Shown here in pieces: positions 13,031 through 30,727 of a DNA stretch of 64,000 nucleotides. A model generated the notes under the pieces. The model made no database searches, was not told the DNA's origin, and worked only from the letters and a program-made list of their open reading frames with translations. Numbering within the stretch: the stretch's first letter is position 1; every line of letters starts with the position of its first letter. This DNA is from Eledone cirrhosa (Eukaryota). Position numbers and translations under genes: made by a program. The DNA is taken from contig OZ024743.1 of assembly GCA_964016885.1 (NCBI GenBank), forward strand, positions 216,442,001-216,506,000. The letters are read 5' to 3'.

Positions 13031-13401
13031 ACGTTAGGGTGGCGATTACGTGTCCTTGTACGTTTGCTAAGGGTGGTTCCATATTATGCATGTTAATGCG
13101 CTATAGCCCGTTACGTGCCCCTTTCACTTTATGTTCGGGTGCACTCTCTTCCCTCTTCTATGTTTATGTACAGGAAGATGTTAGTTGGAAGGCGTTGGTA
13201 GTAGGCCGTCGCCTTTGTTGATTTTATAGGAGGGGAATAATTCGAGTAAGCTAATGTGGTCACTGTCACCGGGGTCGTGATCTTTATTGTGTGGTAAGTT
13301 ACCTATACCATCACCAGGGTAATTAACGTTGCGGCCGTGTTCCTTAGTGCGATTATTTATACTATTATATCCTATGGTTCCATCCCCTCTACTCTCGGAG
13401 T

Positions 13402-14450
13402 GTGGCCTCCAACATACCCCGGATATTCTTCGAAGCCTTAGAGAAGAAATTCCCAGCCAACCATAGGTATAGAAACATCCTTAATAGGAACAATATAAAA
13501 ATATCCTTCTCTACTACTCCTAACCTAGCAGACATCATACGAACAACTAATCACAGTAAGATCACCAAGACACACCTAGACCTGACAATAACTATATCGG
13601 CCTTAACGACTCCCTAGCAGCATCCAATAGTGCTGGCAACAGCCTCCACAGACGCAACCAGCATAACCACGACAAGACTGGGGAACATGCAGGACATGAC
13701 GTGCGGAATAATAATGGTACCATCCCGCGCGCATTGGGTTATAATGGTGCTGACGACAACTGCGGGAGCGTAGATAACAACATAGATAGCAATAATGATA
13801 GCCTTCCCGTGGGAATTAGAAGGGACCGCGACATAAATTGCAACTGCTGCGACAGGGGACGCTGCCCTCTTAGGGGATACTGCTTGACTGATAGGGTTAT
13901 ATATAGGTGCATTGTAACTAGCCACAATAACGTTAAACAGTATATAGGGGCTACCTCTGGCCCGTTCAAAATTAGATTTCGAACACATCTCCACTCTTTC
14001 ACAAATAAGAAATTAAGACACTCCACTTCGCTCGCGGACTTCATCTCATCATTAAAAGACTTAATCAGCTTCTCCACGCATTGGGATATTGTCGGCAGGG
14101 GTGCACCGTACAACTTCAAGAAGAAGTGCGATATTTGCCTCATGGAGCTCTACCACATCATAACTGCACCCCACGAGCTCATCAACAGCAGAGCTGAAAC
14201 AACGATAGGCTGTACACATCGCTTAAAAATGTCCTTCTTCCGATGGGAGAAGGATGAGGAGAGAAATCGTATATCGGGCCTCCCTGCAACAATCTTTAAC
14301 ACCCCGGTGGGTAGGCGTTGCAAAAATCATCCGGAAAGTAACCATGCATCCCAGACCCAGCTTCAAATGACCCAGGCGGGCAGGTGCAGAACAACAAACG
14401 TCTCAAAACAAACGTTGCTTACCCTACCCTGTGCGTATCGACAATGGTAA
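13402..14450 (+). pseudogene. PLE RT thumb/linker and GIY-YIG endonuclease (interrupted)
   Basis: LNRNNIKISFSTTPNL; CNCCDRGRCPLRGYCL; VIYRC...YIGATSGPFKIRFRTHLHSF; STSLADFI; CDICLME; LINSRAE. Confidence 0.88.
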
Positions 14451-14638
14451 GGTTATAACCACATCTTGTAACGGATAAAAAATTTGTCCGGGAAAGACTG
14501 CACTAACATTGGCCAGAGTTACCTCCCTTGATCTACTGCAAAATCAAAACGCGCTATTTTTACGAAGAATGAACTATGACGTGAACTTACCTCAATAAAC
14601 ACTATCCGGACCATGTAAGGAACACTGTTAGTTATTTA

Positions 14639-14680
14639 TGCCCTTGAGAAGCCCATCCGGGCGAAACGTACGTAGGTGGT
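14639..14680 (+). ncRNA. Type I hammerhead ribozyme, U3-A8 core, in the PLE 3' pLTR
   Basis: TGCCC TTGAGAA GCCC-atcc-GGGC GAAA CGTACG TA GGTG, followed by AATAAA. Stem I is short. Confidence 0.7.
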
Positions 14681-14904
14681 GTTTTAAATAAACATTTATT
14701 AACGGCCTATTCTTCCACTTCTTACTTTTCCACGTGCTTACGTTCTGCTAATCTCTCGCCCACTTAATATTAACACTTCTAATATTTAACACTGCCGGCA
14801 CTAGTATTGAGCACCTTCTGCATTCGCTATTTGGCAAATAACTACATGTATCACCTATCTCTCCTTTTTTTCTCTCTCTCGATACGTAAATACTCTCTCT
14901 CTCG

Positions 14905-14938
<34 letters not shown>

Positions 14939-15261
14939 AAGGAGGTGTGGTAAGGAAACAGATGGACCATAACGTACCAGAATACTCAATACTTAGTATT
15001 TAGGGTAGTAGAGTGGGTAATAGGAGAAAGTATGACCATACATTCTCATATATATATATATATATACACATACATACGAGTATATACATATAAAATGAAA
15101 TAAAATATGCATATCAAATCCGCATACTGAGGTGTCGGTAAACAACCAACATATGCTAAAAAAAAAATATATATATATATATATAATTGGTGTTGGATGC
15201 TTAAAGCGTCCGTATGCGGTGGGCCATACGAGCACTCGATGATCTCATAGAGAAGAGTATG

Positions 15262-15577
<316 letters not shown>

Positions 15578-15599
15578 GGAGAGAGGGAGAGAGAGAGAG

Positions 15600-17830
15600 A
15601 AGAACATACTAGATCTAGTGTTTAGTAACCACACTAACACTATACATAATATTACAGTAGAAAAAAAACTCTCAGACCATGACATGGTTCTTTGTAACCC
15701 GAGATTCCACCAGCCGAAAGCTAATCCTAGGGACCTCTTTCCAGCCCATTTGATAACATGGATCTCTATAATGCCAATTGGGATGCAATTATGAACGAAG
15801 TATCACATGTTGACTGATCTTTTACACACGCACACATTTCCAGTTTTCCACAACATCTTCGCAGATCTTTGTAGACACTGTCACAAATATATGTGCAAAA
15901 CACACCCCACCATAACGTGTGAACAAAACTAAGTGCTGTATCCCCAAAAACAGAAAATCAATTATCAGAAGAAAAAAATTAACTTACTAAAATACTGCCA
16001 ACAGCAACGCACACATTCGACGGCTATCGCCCTGCTTGAATCAAATAAATATAACCTCCAGCAATGTATGAAGACCATCATCAATAACCAAGAACAGCTG
16101 AAGAGAGGTGGGCCATTAAGAAAATAAAACTCAACCCCAAAGTGTTCTTTTCATTTGCTAAAAAACACAAGGTCACACTCTCCACTGTTGGCCCTCTAGT
16201 TGATGAAAATGGCACACTCTAAGATAATGCCAAAACAATGGGCGAGATACTGCAGAATCAATACTGCTCTGTTTTCAGCAATCCTGATATGGCCGATCTG
16301 GGCTGTATCAGTAATGTTAATCCCCAACACACTATATCGGACATAACGTTTGGCGCGCCTGGTGTCTTAGCGGTAATAAACGAAATTAAACACAATTCAG
16401 CAGTAGGCCCCGACGAGTTCCCTGCTTGTGTCCTGAAGGTATGTCGACACTAACTTGCATCTCCTATTGCTAATCTGTGGAGGAACTCACTGGATACAGG
16501 CTATATTCCTGAAAACTTTCTGTCACAGTCCGTTGTCCCAGTCTTCAAAAAGGGAAATAAGTCCCTTGCAGTGAACTACCGTCCGATCTCGCTCACCTTT
16601 CATATGATCAAGGTATTTTAGAGGGTCGTGAGATCACGAATAACCCACTTTATTGAAAGCAACAGCCTGCTGAATTACAACCAAGATGGGTTCCGTAATG
16701 GATTGGACTGCCTAACGCAGCTCCTGCATCATTTTGACGATGTTTTGAGAGCCTTGGGAGAGCGCTCCAACACTAATGTCATCTACCTTGCTATCAGCAA
16801 GTCTTTGACAGGGTTCATAAGATTCTACTGAAAAACCTATCCAATATTGGTGTCTCTAGAAAGTTACTACAGTGAATCAAATGTTTTCTGACAGACAGAA
16901 CCCAACATGTTGTAGTCGAAGGAGTAAAATCAAGTCCTGCCAAAGACAGCAGCGGCGTCACACATGGCCCATTTCTTTTCATCATCTACATTAATGACAT
17001 TACTGACATCATCAAGCACAGCAACATAAGCATCATCACAGATGATTCCAAGCTCCAAAGGGTCATCAATGAGGTGGGTGACTGAACTTGCCTTCAGTCA
17101 GACATACTGGCTGTTATCCGATGGGCAGAAAAGAACAATATGATGTTGAATGAGGATAAGTTTGAATTGATCCACTTTGGAAAAAAGGATGCCCTGAAAC
17201 TACCATACACTCTTCCTTCGGGTGAAACTCTCGTGTCATTCAACAACATCAAAGACCCGGGAGTAATTTTGGACAAGAAAATAAGCTGGGCCACTTATAA
17301 ACAGCAAAGTTGACATGGCCTGCATAATGTGTTCCCGGATTCTCAGAAACTTCCAGTCGAGAGATATCCACACTGTTATCGTTCTCTTCTCCACTTTTGC
17401 CCGAGCCCACCTTGAATATTGTTGTCCAATGTGGTCTCCCCCCACGAAACAAATTATCATGTAAGTTGAAGCACTCCAAAGATCGACTACAAAGAAGATA
17501 GATGGCTTGACAGGCCTTGACTATTGGAGTCGATTAGAAAAGCTTAACCTTTATTCTCTTCAACGTCGCCGTGAGCGCTACATTATCTGTACACCCAAGG
17601 CTTGGGCCCCGTGCTATCCGCCCACGAAAACATCTCACTCGCATCTCATAACAACAATACGGCACAATTATTTCACCTCAATTGGCTCTGCTCTCTTTAA
17701 CATTACACCAAGACACATTAAAATAGAAACAGACTCCATCAAGTTCAAGAAGTATTTGGACAAATTCCTTCAAGAAATCCCGGATAAGCTTCCGGGAACA
17801 CTAACTCTCTACTTGAGTGGGCCATGGTGC
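15600..17830 (+). mobile_element. Degenerate CR1/L2-group LINE ORF2 (end of APE plus RT)
   Basis: NILDLVFSN, LSDH, GPDEFP, NYRPISLT, QDGFR, GPFLFIIYINDI, TDDSK, HLEYCCPMWSP and LDYWSRLEKLNLYSLQRRRER in the expected order, with many stops. Confidence 0.9.
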
Positions 17831-17941
17831 CCAAACCCTGATTTGTAAGACTTCGCCAGGTGGTGTCATTAAGTCAGACATGGCCTGAGCCAATACTGGA
17901 CGGAACCTATCAAAGTTATCAACATTATCCAAGTTACATGC

Positions 17942-17979
<38 letters not shown>

Positions 17980-18089
17980 ATATATATACATACATACGTA
18001 CACACATGCTTGTGAAAATATATATATACATGTGTACGTATGTTTACACATATATGTGTGTGCCTCTCATTATTATATTGTCTCAAACT

Positions 18090-18485
18090 CCCACACGGAC
18101 GAGTTAACACGAAAGTATAGTCACTGCTTTTAAGCAAACACTACAACCATTATCAGTCAACCTTACCACCCACCTGTAACCTTTGTATCATGTATTAATT
18201 TCTCCGTCCGACTTTTGAGATTTTTTCACTGTTACAAGGGATTTAGTCCCCTTTTTTGACCGGTGTATCAGTATTTCTCCCTCCGCCTATTGAGATTTTC
18301 TCGCTTGCTGCTAACCTCTGGAAGACGGAGGAGTTCCTTGATAAGCTAGCGTGCCTCACAATGATATTGCACTTCTATAATGTAAAATTGGTGCTAACTC
18401 ACTAGCGAAACTGTACAGTCGTGACTTTCAAGAAAATATAGGTATATATCTGTGTCTAGTATTCCTTCTTACTTTAAAATGTGTT
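18090..18485 (+). mobile_element. Non-coding pLTR-like repeat, diverged homologue of 52520-52930, with a hammerhead at 18332-18426
   Basis: AGTTCC TTGATAA GCTAG...CTAGC GAAA CTGTACAG TC GTGACT. Upstream blocks TTGACCG.TGTATCA and CTCCGCCT are shared with 52.6 kb. Confidence 0.75.
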
Positions 18486-18658
18486 TAATAGCTCTGATAT
18501 CGAGACAATTTAATTATTTCGATTATTTTGTCTCTCGTAGTCATAGAGCAAAACTGGTTAAGGTCGACACCACACAAGCTCACATGGTTGTGAAAATATA
18601 TATATATATATATATATACGTGTGTATGTAAGTATATACTACTATGTATGTGCAACTC

Positions 18659-20581
<1,923 letters not shown>

Positions 20582-20641
20582 TATATAGTCTGCTATGTAT
20601 TGAGTACCTTACTTACTGTGGTTACCCACAATTGAACCCTG

Positions 20642-21236
<595 letters not shown>

Positions 21237-21364
21237 CGAGATAGATAAAGATAGAGAGAGAGAGAGAGTGGGTGGTGCTGAGAACGAGGTGACATCTAAT
21301 TTCATGTGTGGAGAGATGCAGGTATCATATAGAGCTATGTAAATTCCCAAATGTAAACATCTGA

Positions 21365-21434
<70 letters not shown>

Positions 21435-21737
21435 ACCTCTCTCTATTTTTTTCTTTCTCCTTCTCTCTCCCTATATATATATTTATATGTTTATAAAAAG
21501 GTAAAATATGAATTTCTCTTATACTTAGTTAATTTGATTTACACTGCAAAATGAAATTAATGGTCATTCCTTAAATTTTCTCCTAACTATTTGAGGGAAA
21601 ACATTATTGAACAAAGAAAAAGCAATGTTTAAAGGCGACTACTTCTGCTTTACATCAATATCAATCAAGTTCAGCAAAATATATACATGTCAAAATTTGA
21701 ATTTAACGTTACTTGAATTCCACGTCCTTTAGTGTTC

Positions 21738-21783
<46 letters not shown>

Positions 21784-21839
21784 CATCACACACATACACA
21801 CACACACACACTAACACACACATTAACACACTCAGAGAT

Positions 21840-21879
<40 letters not shown>

Positions 21880-22938
21880 GAGCGTGTGTGTGCGAGTGTA
21901 TGTGTGGGCGTACTGGTTTTACCTTTTTTTAATTATTCCTCCGTTGTATAAATATCTTCCTTCATTTTTTTTCGTTTTCGAAGCCTCCGTCTCATGTTTA
22001 TATGGTTTTGTTTATTTCTGTGTAGGTGGATATATATATATATATGTGTGTGTTTTGTTTGTGTGCGTGTGTGTGTGTATGTATGTGTATGTATGTGTCT
22101 GTAACACGAGATCCACAGTTAAAAATGGTTGTAATTACCTAGGCCCTCTTATTATATATAGTAATAGTTTCTATAGGAGAAGGACTGTGTGTATGTTTCA
22201 GTGTATATGTTTTTGTGTGCGTGTCTTTATTTGAATTTGTGTGTCTGTGTGTGTGCGTGTTTGAATGAAGTAAATGCTCCATAATACAATGTACAGAACA
22301 TAACCAACATACAACCATGATATTCAGTGATTTTACAAGGCTCAGGTCTTAATCTGCATTTTAAAAAATGCTTGCCTCCTTAGGTCTATTACTATAAGAC
22401 ACCCACCTAGAAATACGACGAACAAAACTTAATTTAATAAAAATAGAACGCATGAACAACAATAGTTGTATTTTATAAATATGGAAATCACCATCATTAT
22501 AGCCGTATTACGATTATTTTCCACGCTGGTGTGAGTTAGATGAGTTGTTCCTTTATGAAACAAGTCAGAACAGTTGACCATGTCTTACTTAAACAGAACT
22601 GATTCTGGCTGGGTTTCTACGTCTGGATATCCATCGTAACACCATTCATATTTTCGGAGTGGTGTAGGTTAAACAATAAGTACTATGACTGAGCAAAACT
22701 AAACCAAAAACATTTCAAAGTTAAATTCCCACAACTGAAACATAAAATAAAATAGGTGAACTAAAATAACACCTAAAAATTTAGACGTTCTTCTGTAAGT
22801 TTGGGAAAATATCACCTAAATTCCATAAGGAAGAAAGAGCCATCCGATGTAATGATTTATGTGGCAGCATAAACAACGTAGATCATATAGTTTCCATTGT
22901 AGACAGAGAATGGAAAGGGAAAAGTTATGAGAGAGAGA

Positions 22939-23011
<73 letters not shown>

Positions 23012-23063
23012 GGGAAGAGAGAAAGTGAGGCAGAGAGACAGAGAGAGAGAGAGGGAGTGAGAT

Positions 23064-23151
<88 letters not shown>

Positions 23152-23456
23152 GGACATAGAAATAATGCGAGTGGTTATCCGAAGATTTTTTTTTAATGAT
23201 ATGATTTAAACGTATCAGGGTTGCGCTGGTGATTATGTATATAATTATTTATCTATTTATTAGTGTAATATTGGAGCGACCGTGAGTTCAGGTGGTTTCG
23301 GCTAGTTACTTCTTCTAGAATAGGTAGGAGAAGCCTGAGTTTGCAGTTGATCCTCCACTTCACTAATATACCCACTCTGTATCATACCATGTATCGAGTA
23401 TTACACTGATTCGTGGTCTACCCGGTCCCTATGTCGCATACTATTAACACACACAG

Positions 23457-23506
<50 letters not shown>

Positions 23507-23568
23507 TATATATATATATTGAAAGGATAAGAAGGACGAGTGGTTACTCCTTCGTTACATTTATTGGT

Positions 23569-23655
23569 AGGTGACGCGCGTTTCGCCACTGATCAGCTCA
23601 AGGTTCGATCTGTATCGATCCTACTCGACTCAATGATCGGCAGCTCGACGGACCC
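23569..23655 (-). ncRNA. Hammerhead-like motif with extended stem II and altered core (mirror copy at 30234-30320)
   Basis: Reverse complement reads GGGT CCGTCGA GCTGCCGATCA...TGATCAGTGGC GAAA CGCGCG TC ACCT, then AATAAA. The mirror copy core is CCTTCGA. Confidence 0.6.
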
Positions 23656-24706
23656 TCTTAAAATGCTATAAGGAAATGAAATACATGCTATGTGGTAAAG
23701 ACAGGTGTTCAAGAGTTTGACAATATGACTTGTTTTGATTGGTGGGAAGGATCAAAGGGATGTACTGGCCTGTAGTGTATGTGGGGGTGGTGTGAGGATA
23801 AGATGTTGGTGACTGTCGCTGAATGGGATGGGCTGTGATGTGGGGGTAGTTGGTTGTCGGTAGACGGGTTGGCGTGCGTGGGGTGTGGTTGTGGTGTTGT
23901 TGATTGTGGTAGTGGCGTTTGTGGTGGTGTGGTGGATGTGCTGGTGGTGTCGAGTCCATGGGGATATACATACCTAGACACTCTTAGTCTGACAAATACG
24001 TTGTATATATATATACATATGCGCATATATACTGATATGGTGGCTGCCAACTCGTTTTCGAGTACGGCCACTACTTTATATCCATGTAGGAGAACCCCTA
24101 CCGATGCGCTGAACGAATGTGACTTTTTAGTCCAGCCAGCGACTTGAAAACTCTGGTACAAAGACTACACTTGTGACCATTATTGACACATAGTGCAGGG
24201 CCCATGGTACCATGTGATGACAAGTGCAGAGAGATCTCCAGATATAAAGCAATGCCTGTGCTGTGAAGCTTTTATAGTGAGCAAAGGCACTGCACAAAGC
24301 CAGTCCCACTCTCTTAACCAAGATGATATTTACCAAAAAGAAGAACAAGTCAACATCATTGGATACCAATGATGTTGACTTGATATATATACATACGTAC
24401 ACACCTATATACACATAAATACACGCGCCCACAGAGATCCACACATACCTATATCTATATGCATATATACAGACAAGCATATGCATGCGCGCGTGTGGAT
24501 ATATATAGAGAGAGTGGGGGAGTATCGGTGGGCGTTGCGTAGAACAAAGATAAAGGGGAGGTGAGAGCCAATGGAGATAGTGTTGTACATATAGACATAC
24601 ACATACATACACACATACACACATACGGATATGCACACATACACGTGCATACACGTATACATAAACATACATATACACATACATACATATATACACACGG
24701 ATACAT

Positions 24707-24821
<115 letters not shown>

Positions 24822-25390
24822 TTCGTTTCTGAATTTGTTTAGCAAGATTCTTTATCTGAAAACGTGAGTTGAAACCGATATTTTTATACTTTGGGAGGGT
24901 CATGTTGCCAATAAGAAACACACGCACCAGTTGCGTTCACTTCAATTTATTATAATAAATTAATAAATTTAGGAATTTATAAATTTCCGGTTGGTTGGTT
25001 GCACAACCAGATGGTTGTTTATATATTGTCATATTTCTTTCGTTACACATTCTGTGACCTCTTCAGTGACTGGGGGTTCTTTTCTTTGTTTTTGTGCCTC
25101 TCATTTGTTCTGTCCTACGCCATCTTGTTTTTTCAAAAAATGGCGCAGGACAGAACAAGGAGAGGCACAGAATCAAAGAAAAGAACCCCTAGTCACCGAA
25201 GAGGTCACATAATGTGTGACGAAAGAACTTTGACAATATATAAACAACCATCTTGTTGTGGAACCAACCTACCAACCGGAAATTTATAAATTTATAAATT
25301 TATAAATGTATTATAATAAATTGAAGTGAACACAACTGGTGCGTGTGTTTCTTATTTGCAACATGACCCTCCCAAAGTATAACAATATAT
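24822..25390. mobile_element. Nested pLTR fold-back of a second PLE family; hammerheads at 25028-25070(-) and 25192-25234(+)
   Basis: Arms 24880-25133 and 25135-25390 are inverted. Motif: GTCA C(C/T)GAAGA G GTCACA-taatg-TGTGAC GAAA GAAC TT TGAC. Absent from the mirrored arm at 29400-29440. Confidence 0.85.
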
Positions 25391-25395
25391 ATATT

Positions 25396-25427
<32 letters not shown>

Positions 25428-26299
25428 CACATATGTATACGCACATATATATAAAAAAATATTTACACAGACACACACACTTGCGTTGGTTCGAGAGGGA
25501 AGGTATGTGTTGCCGGTGTTGATGAAGTTAATGGATGTTGCGTTATGGAGTTGTGTCTTGTGGTGGTGGTGGTGGTGGTGGAGTTGTGAGCGACAAATGT
25601 ATACAGGATCGAATAATACGATGGGTTACAGGTTAAAAGGTAACATAGGGAACGCGGGGGAAAACATTTTATGAACGTATAGCGATGTGTGTTGTGGTCA
25701 TGGTGGTGGTGGTGGTGCTGGGGTGATATGTTCAACAAATTGATTACATGATACAATGTAACGGAGATGGAGGGCGGATATAACACAGTCGATCTGGGAG
25801 TGAAGGATGATATGTGTTGATGATGTTAATGATGTTAATGATTGTTGAAATATGTGGATGTATCTAATGGTGGCGGTGGCGGCGTGTTCGACAGTACATT
25901 TACAGGGTCGAATTTAGCGTGGGATTGTAGGTTAGGTTAGACAGAGGGAACATGGGGGTAAAAGGTTGCGGGTGTGAATGGTAGTCATATGACGATGTGT
26001 GCTGTGGTGGTGGTGGCGATGGTGTGGTATGATCGACATTATATTTACTGGATCAGATGTTACTATGGTTTGCAAGGTAAAACCTGACAGAGAGGACTGA
26101 TAGAACACAATGTTACAAGGATGAGGGGTATATGGCGATGTGATTTGTGGTGGTGGTGATGTATGCGGCATGATATACAAAATACGGGCTTTCAAATAGT
26201 TACATGCAATACAATAAAATAAATTTACTGAGATGGGCGATGGTGAGACGGGGCAGAGGTGGTTATTATTATGCTGGGTCATGGTTAGTGTGCGGCCCT

Positions 26300-28560
26300 C
26301 CGCCGAATGTTTGTGCGGAAAATGTGTTCAGCCTTGTGTGTCTGCAATTGACAATTATGTCCGACCTATAGTTCATGGCAGATTTTAATTTAATTATTTC
26401 TGCCGCCTCGGCCAGGCATAACCTGCAGTGGTTTCTGTAATTGGGGAGTTGTGCCACGTGTCTCTTCACCACGAGATCTGGGGTTCGATGTTCCTGTCCT
26501 TGAGGTCCCAGATCAAATCAGCCAGTCTGGTTTGGGATCGTTTCAGCCTATGTTTAAAGGAGCTTCTATGATTATATCAGCGCTCCTTAAACGTAGTGGA
26601 TGTCGCACCTATATATGGGTACACTTTCTTGTCGGCTGTCACATCATACCGGTAAACAATGTTTTTAACGAGGCACTCCCCGTTTAGTGGGCATTCGGCC
26701 CGTTTTTTGCAGTTGCAGTTGGATGTGACCGGTGTGGTGGCACGTTGACGGTGGGTGGCATGCGGCGTGGATCTGGTATATGGGTTGTTGTGTTGTGGTG
26801 TGTGTGTGTGGTTTTGTTCTGGGTTGTGGTGGTGGTTTGTTGTACGGCAACCATGTGTTTTCGTATTTTTGTCCTATTAGTGTGTGCTATTGTGTGGCCT
26901 AGAGTTGGTGCTGTGGAGAAAGACAATTTTACAGTATGTCTATTGAAGAGCTTGTGGTATTCATGTGTGCTTGGAAAAGATTGTTTGAGAGCCCTGAAGA
27001 AGGTTGCCGGTGTTTAGTGAGGTTTTTGTGTTTGTGTGGTAGTTTGGGTGCGTTTTGGTCAGGCGTATGTGTCATAGGGGTTCGAAGTAATCTATTGGCG
27101 TTATGTCTTTTGTCTCTATTGCTACGCAAACGTGTGCGATAGTCGGAGTCCTTATTGGGGTTGGAGAGTATGGCTTATGTCCTTGACAGTTGTGTGTGAC
27201 GCTGGCAGTCCTGCCGGCTACGGAGGGTCTTATGTTATTATTTGTCCTAGGTGTGGTGACTTCTTCTATGTTCGTTTCTAAGGGTCCGTTTATGTTTAGC
27301 GGCGTTACGGTTCTATTTGGGTCGATGTAAGAAATCTCAATGTAACCAGCGTTTACAAGTGCGGACTTGTAGTATTCTGCGTGCTGCTTGAATATATTTC
27401 TATTAGCCGACAGGGTGGACACGCTATTGGAGACTATTTTAACTATTGAGTTAATTATGCTCTTAGGGTGGTTGGAGTGTCTGTTGACGTATTTAAGATG
27501 TTCATTAGGTTTGTGGTTTGGACGGTAGAGGCCTGAGTCTAATTCTAGGGTGACATCTAAAAAGTTTACTGTCCTATTGTTAGGTTCGATTTCTACGGCT
27601 AATCCTTGGGTCTTAAAGATGTACCTAAGTCGTTTGTGTAGTCTATCTAATCGGCTATTATTGAGTCCGCGGGTCATTAGTAGGGCATCGTGACGGTATA
27701 AGCCACCGCCCAAGGAGGGGATCTGGTCTGTTAGTATAATTATGAGGTGTATGCCTACTATATCTGTAACCTGTGCGGAGTCAGTCGATTCCATGATAAT
27801 GTCGAAGCTATCTGGTGTATTCTATTGCTCCCACAATCTACCCTCAAATTCTAGTAAAGTTTTCCTAGCTCTTAGTATGATGTCCACTTCCTTTCTACTG
27901 AAGCTTGATCTGTTCATGGCTGAGATCAGTGCCTTGTTAAGGACGATTGGCGATATAGATGCGTAGTAGTTCGTAATGTCCAATTGGACTAATCGAACAT
28001 TCGACTTAGTTTCAATGCCACAAAACCAGTCGATTACCTCCTTTGTACAAGACCATAGGCTGAGTTTAGTTCTATTGATAAGTTCAGGTATAATTCGGTC
28101 AATGATTGATTTGCTAAGTCTACCTAGGTCCGATTTAGACTGAGCTATGAGTCTGAGCGGTAGTTTTGACTGGAAGTTCGTTTTATGGTCTTTAATAGAT
28201 AGTCTCAGTGTCCTAGGATTGTAGGGATGAGTCCTGTCGTCAATACTCAGTTCGGTTATTATTGTTTTCGCCTGTTTGTTTATGTGTGCTAGGTTTTCCC
28301 GTGTTGATGTTTTGTATATTTTGGCGATTTCGTTTGTAATGCATTTGTTGTAAGTGTTGTACTCCAAATTGTATAAGTTTCCTGTTTTATCGGTTGGTAC
28401 GATGATGCCAGGGCTATTCCTGATCTTGTTTACAGTAGATGCGAGCCCAGACAGGAATGCACTTCTGTCAGGGTTTCGCGGCGGTTTCCTGAATCTAATG
28501 GTCCGGAACATGGTAATGATCCTTTCCTCAAACTCTTCTAGGAGTGGGTTGTTAAAAAGA
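26300..28560 (-). pseudogene. PLE polyprotein: reverse transcriptase plus GIY-YIG endonuclease (frameshifted)
   Basis: PTDKTGNLY, IKDHK..F..KLPLRLI, QLDITNYYASI, GLYRHD (LYRDD-type), NFLDVTL, YVNRHSNHP; then CNCKKRAECPLNGECL, IVYRY...YIGATSTTFKER*YNH, CRLCLAE. Confidence 0.9.
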
Positions 28561-29398
28561 TTTTTTCACCATCGTCCATCTCAGTGAATTTATTTTATTA
28601 TATTGCAAGTACCCATTTGAAAGCCCGTATTTTGTATATCATGCCGCATACATCAACCCCACCAAAAAGTTACATCGCCATACACCCCTCATCCTTGCAA
28701 CATTGTGTTCTATCAGTCCTCTCTGTCAGGTTTTACCTTGCAAACAATAGTAACATCTGATCCTGTAAATATAATGTAGATCATACCGCACCATCGCCAC
28801 CACCACCACAGCACACATCGTCATATGTCTACCATCCACACCCGCAACCTTATTCCCCCATGTTGCCTCTGTCTAACCTGCAATCCCACGCTAAATTCGA
28901 CCCTATAAATGTACTGTCGCACACACCACCACCGCCACCACTAGATACATCTACATACTTCAACAATCATTAACATCATTAACATCATCAACACATATCA
29001 TCCCTCACTCCCAGATCGACTGTGTTATATCCGCCCTCCACCTGCCTTACCCTGTAACCCACCGTAACATCTGATCATGTAAACACTTTGTTGAACACAT
29101 CACTCCAGCGTCACCACCACCACCACCATGACCACAAAACACATCGCTATACGTCCATAAACCTTTTTTTACCTATGTCACCTTTTAACCTGTACCCCAT
29201 CGTATTATTCGATCCTGTATACATTTGTCGCTCACAACTCCACCACCACCACCACCACAAGACACAACTCCATACCTCAACATCCATTAACTTCATCAAC
29301 ACCGCCAACACATACCTTCCCTCTCGAACCAACGCAAGTGTTTGTGTCTGTGTGTAAATATTTTTATATATATATGTACGTATACATATGTGTATATG

Positions 29399-29446
<48 letters not shown>

Positions 29447-30621
29447 TGCGTGTGTATATATGTATGTATGTATGTGTATGTTTATATATACGTGTGTGCA
29501 CGTGTATGTGTGCATATCCGTATGTGTGTATGTGTGTATGTATGCATATGTCTATATGTACAACACCATCTCCATTGGTTCTCACCTCCCCTCTATCTTT
29601 GTCCTATGCCACCCCCACCGATACTCCCCCACTCTCTCTATATATATCCACACGCGCGCATGCACATGCATGTGTGTATATATGCATATAGATATAGGTA
29701 TGTGTGGATCTATGTGGGCGCGTGTATGTGTGTGTATATAGGTGTGTACGTATGTATATATATCAGTATATATGCGCATGTGTATATATACAACGTATTT
29801 ATCAGATTAAGAGTGTCTAGGTATGTATCTCCCCATGGACTTGATACCACCAACACATCCACCACACCACTACAAACGCCATTACCATAAACAACAACAC
29901 CAAAACCCCACGTCACACACGCCAACCCGTCTACCGACAACCCACTACCCCCACATCAAACCACAGCCCAGTCAGCCACCGTCACCCCCATCTTATCATC
30001 ACATCCACCCCCACATACACTACAGGCCAAAGCTAATCAGCCACCACCACACCACAGCCCATCGCAGCCAGCGACAGTCACCAACATCTTATCCTCACAC
30101 CACCCCCACATACACTACAGGCCAGTACATCCCTTTGATCCTTCCCACCAATCAAAACAACTCATGTTGTCAAACTCTTGAAATTCTGTCTTAACCACAT
30201 AGCACGTATTTCATTTTCTTATAGCATTTTAAAGGGTCCTTCGAGTTGCCGATCAGTGAGTCGGGTAGGATCGATACAGATTGAACCTTGAGCTGATCAG
30301 TGGCGAAACGCGCGTCACCTACCAATAAATGTAACGAAGGAGTAACCAATCGTCCTTGTTATCCTTTTAATATATTACACTCTGTATACAGAAGTGAACC
30401 TAAACATCGAGTGCTCTCCCGGGTGAAGCTGCAGTAACTCCAAGTTACACCCCTGGATATATATATATATATATATATGGTGTAATTTGGAGTTACTGCA
30501 TGTTCACCCGGGAGAGCACTCAATGTTTAAGTCCACTTCTCTGATGAGGTGTAGAGCTATACAGAGTGTAATATATTGAAAGGATAACAAGGACGATTGG
30601 TTACTCCTTTGTTATATATAT

Positions 30622-30682
<61 letters not shown>

Positions 30683-30727
30683 AAATAATCATAGCGATTT
30701 CAATATATATCTAATGTTATAATGTTA

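Larger units (their letters stand above)
11750..14860. mobile_element. 5'-truncated Penelope-like element as an inverted pair (minus arm about 11750-13030, plus arm about 13365-14860)
   Basis: Arms are reverse complements over about 1.3 kb and both encode GIY-YIG. Bounded by (TA)n. Hammerhead at 14639-14680(+), with a decayed mirror copy near 11800-11840(-). Confidence 0.9.

Noticed and set aside
26560-26590. In-frame TGA in the PLE endonuclease as selenocysteine
   Set aside because: The TGA (KER*YNH) aligns with an aromatic residue (W/F) in paralogs, not Cys, so it is an ordinary nonsense mutation.
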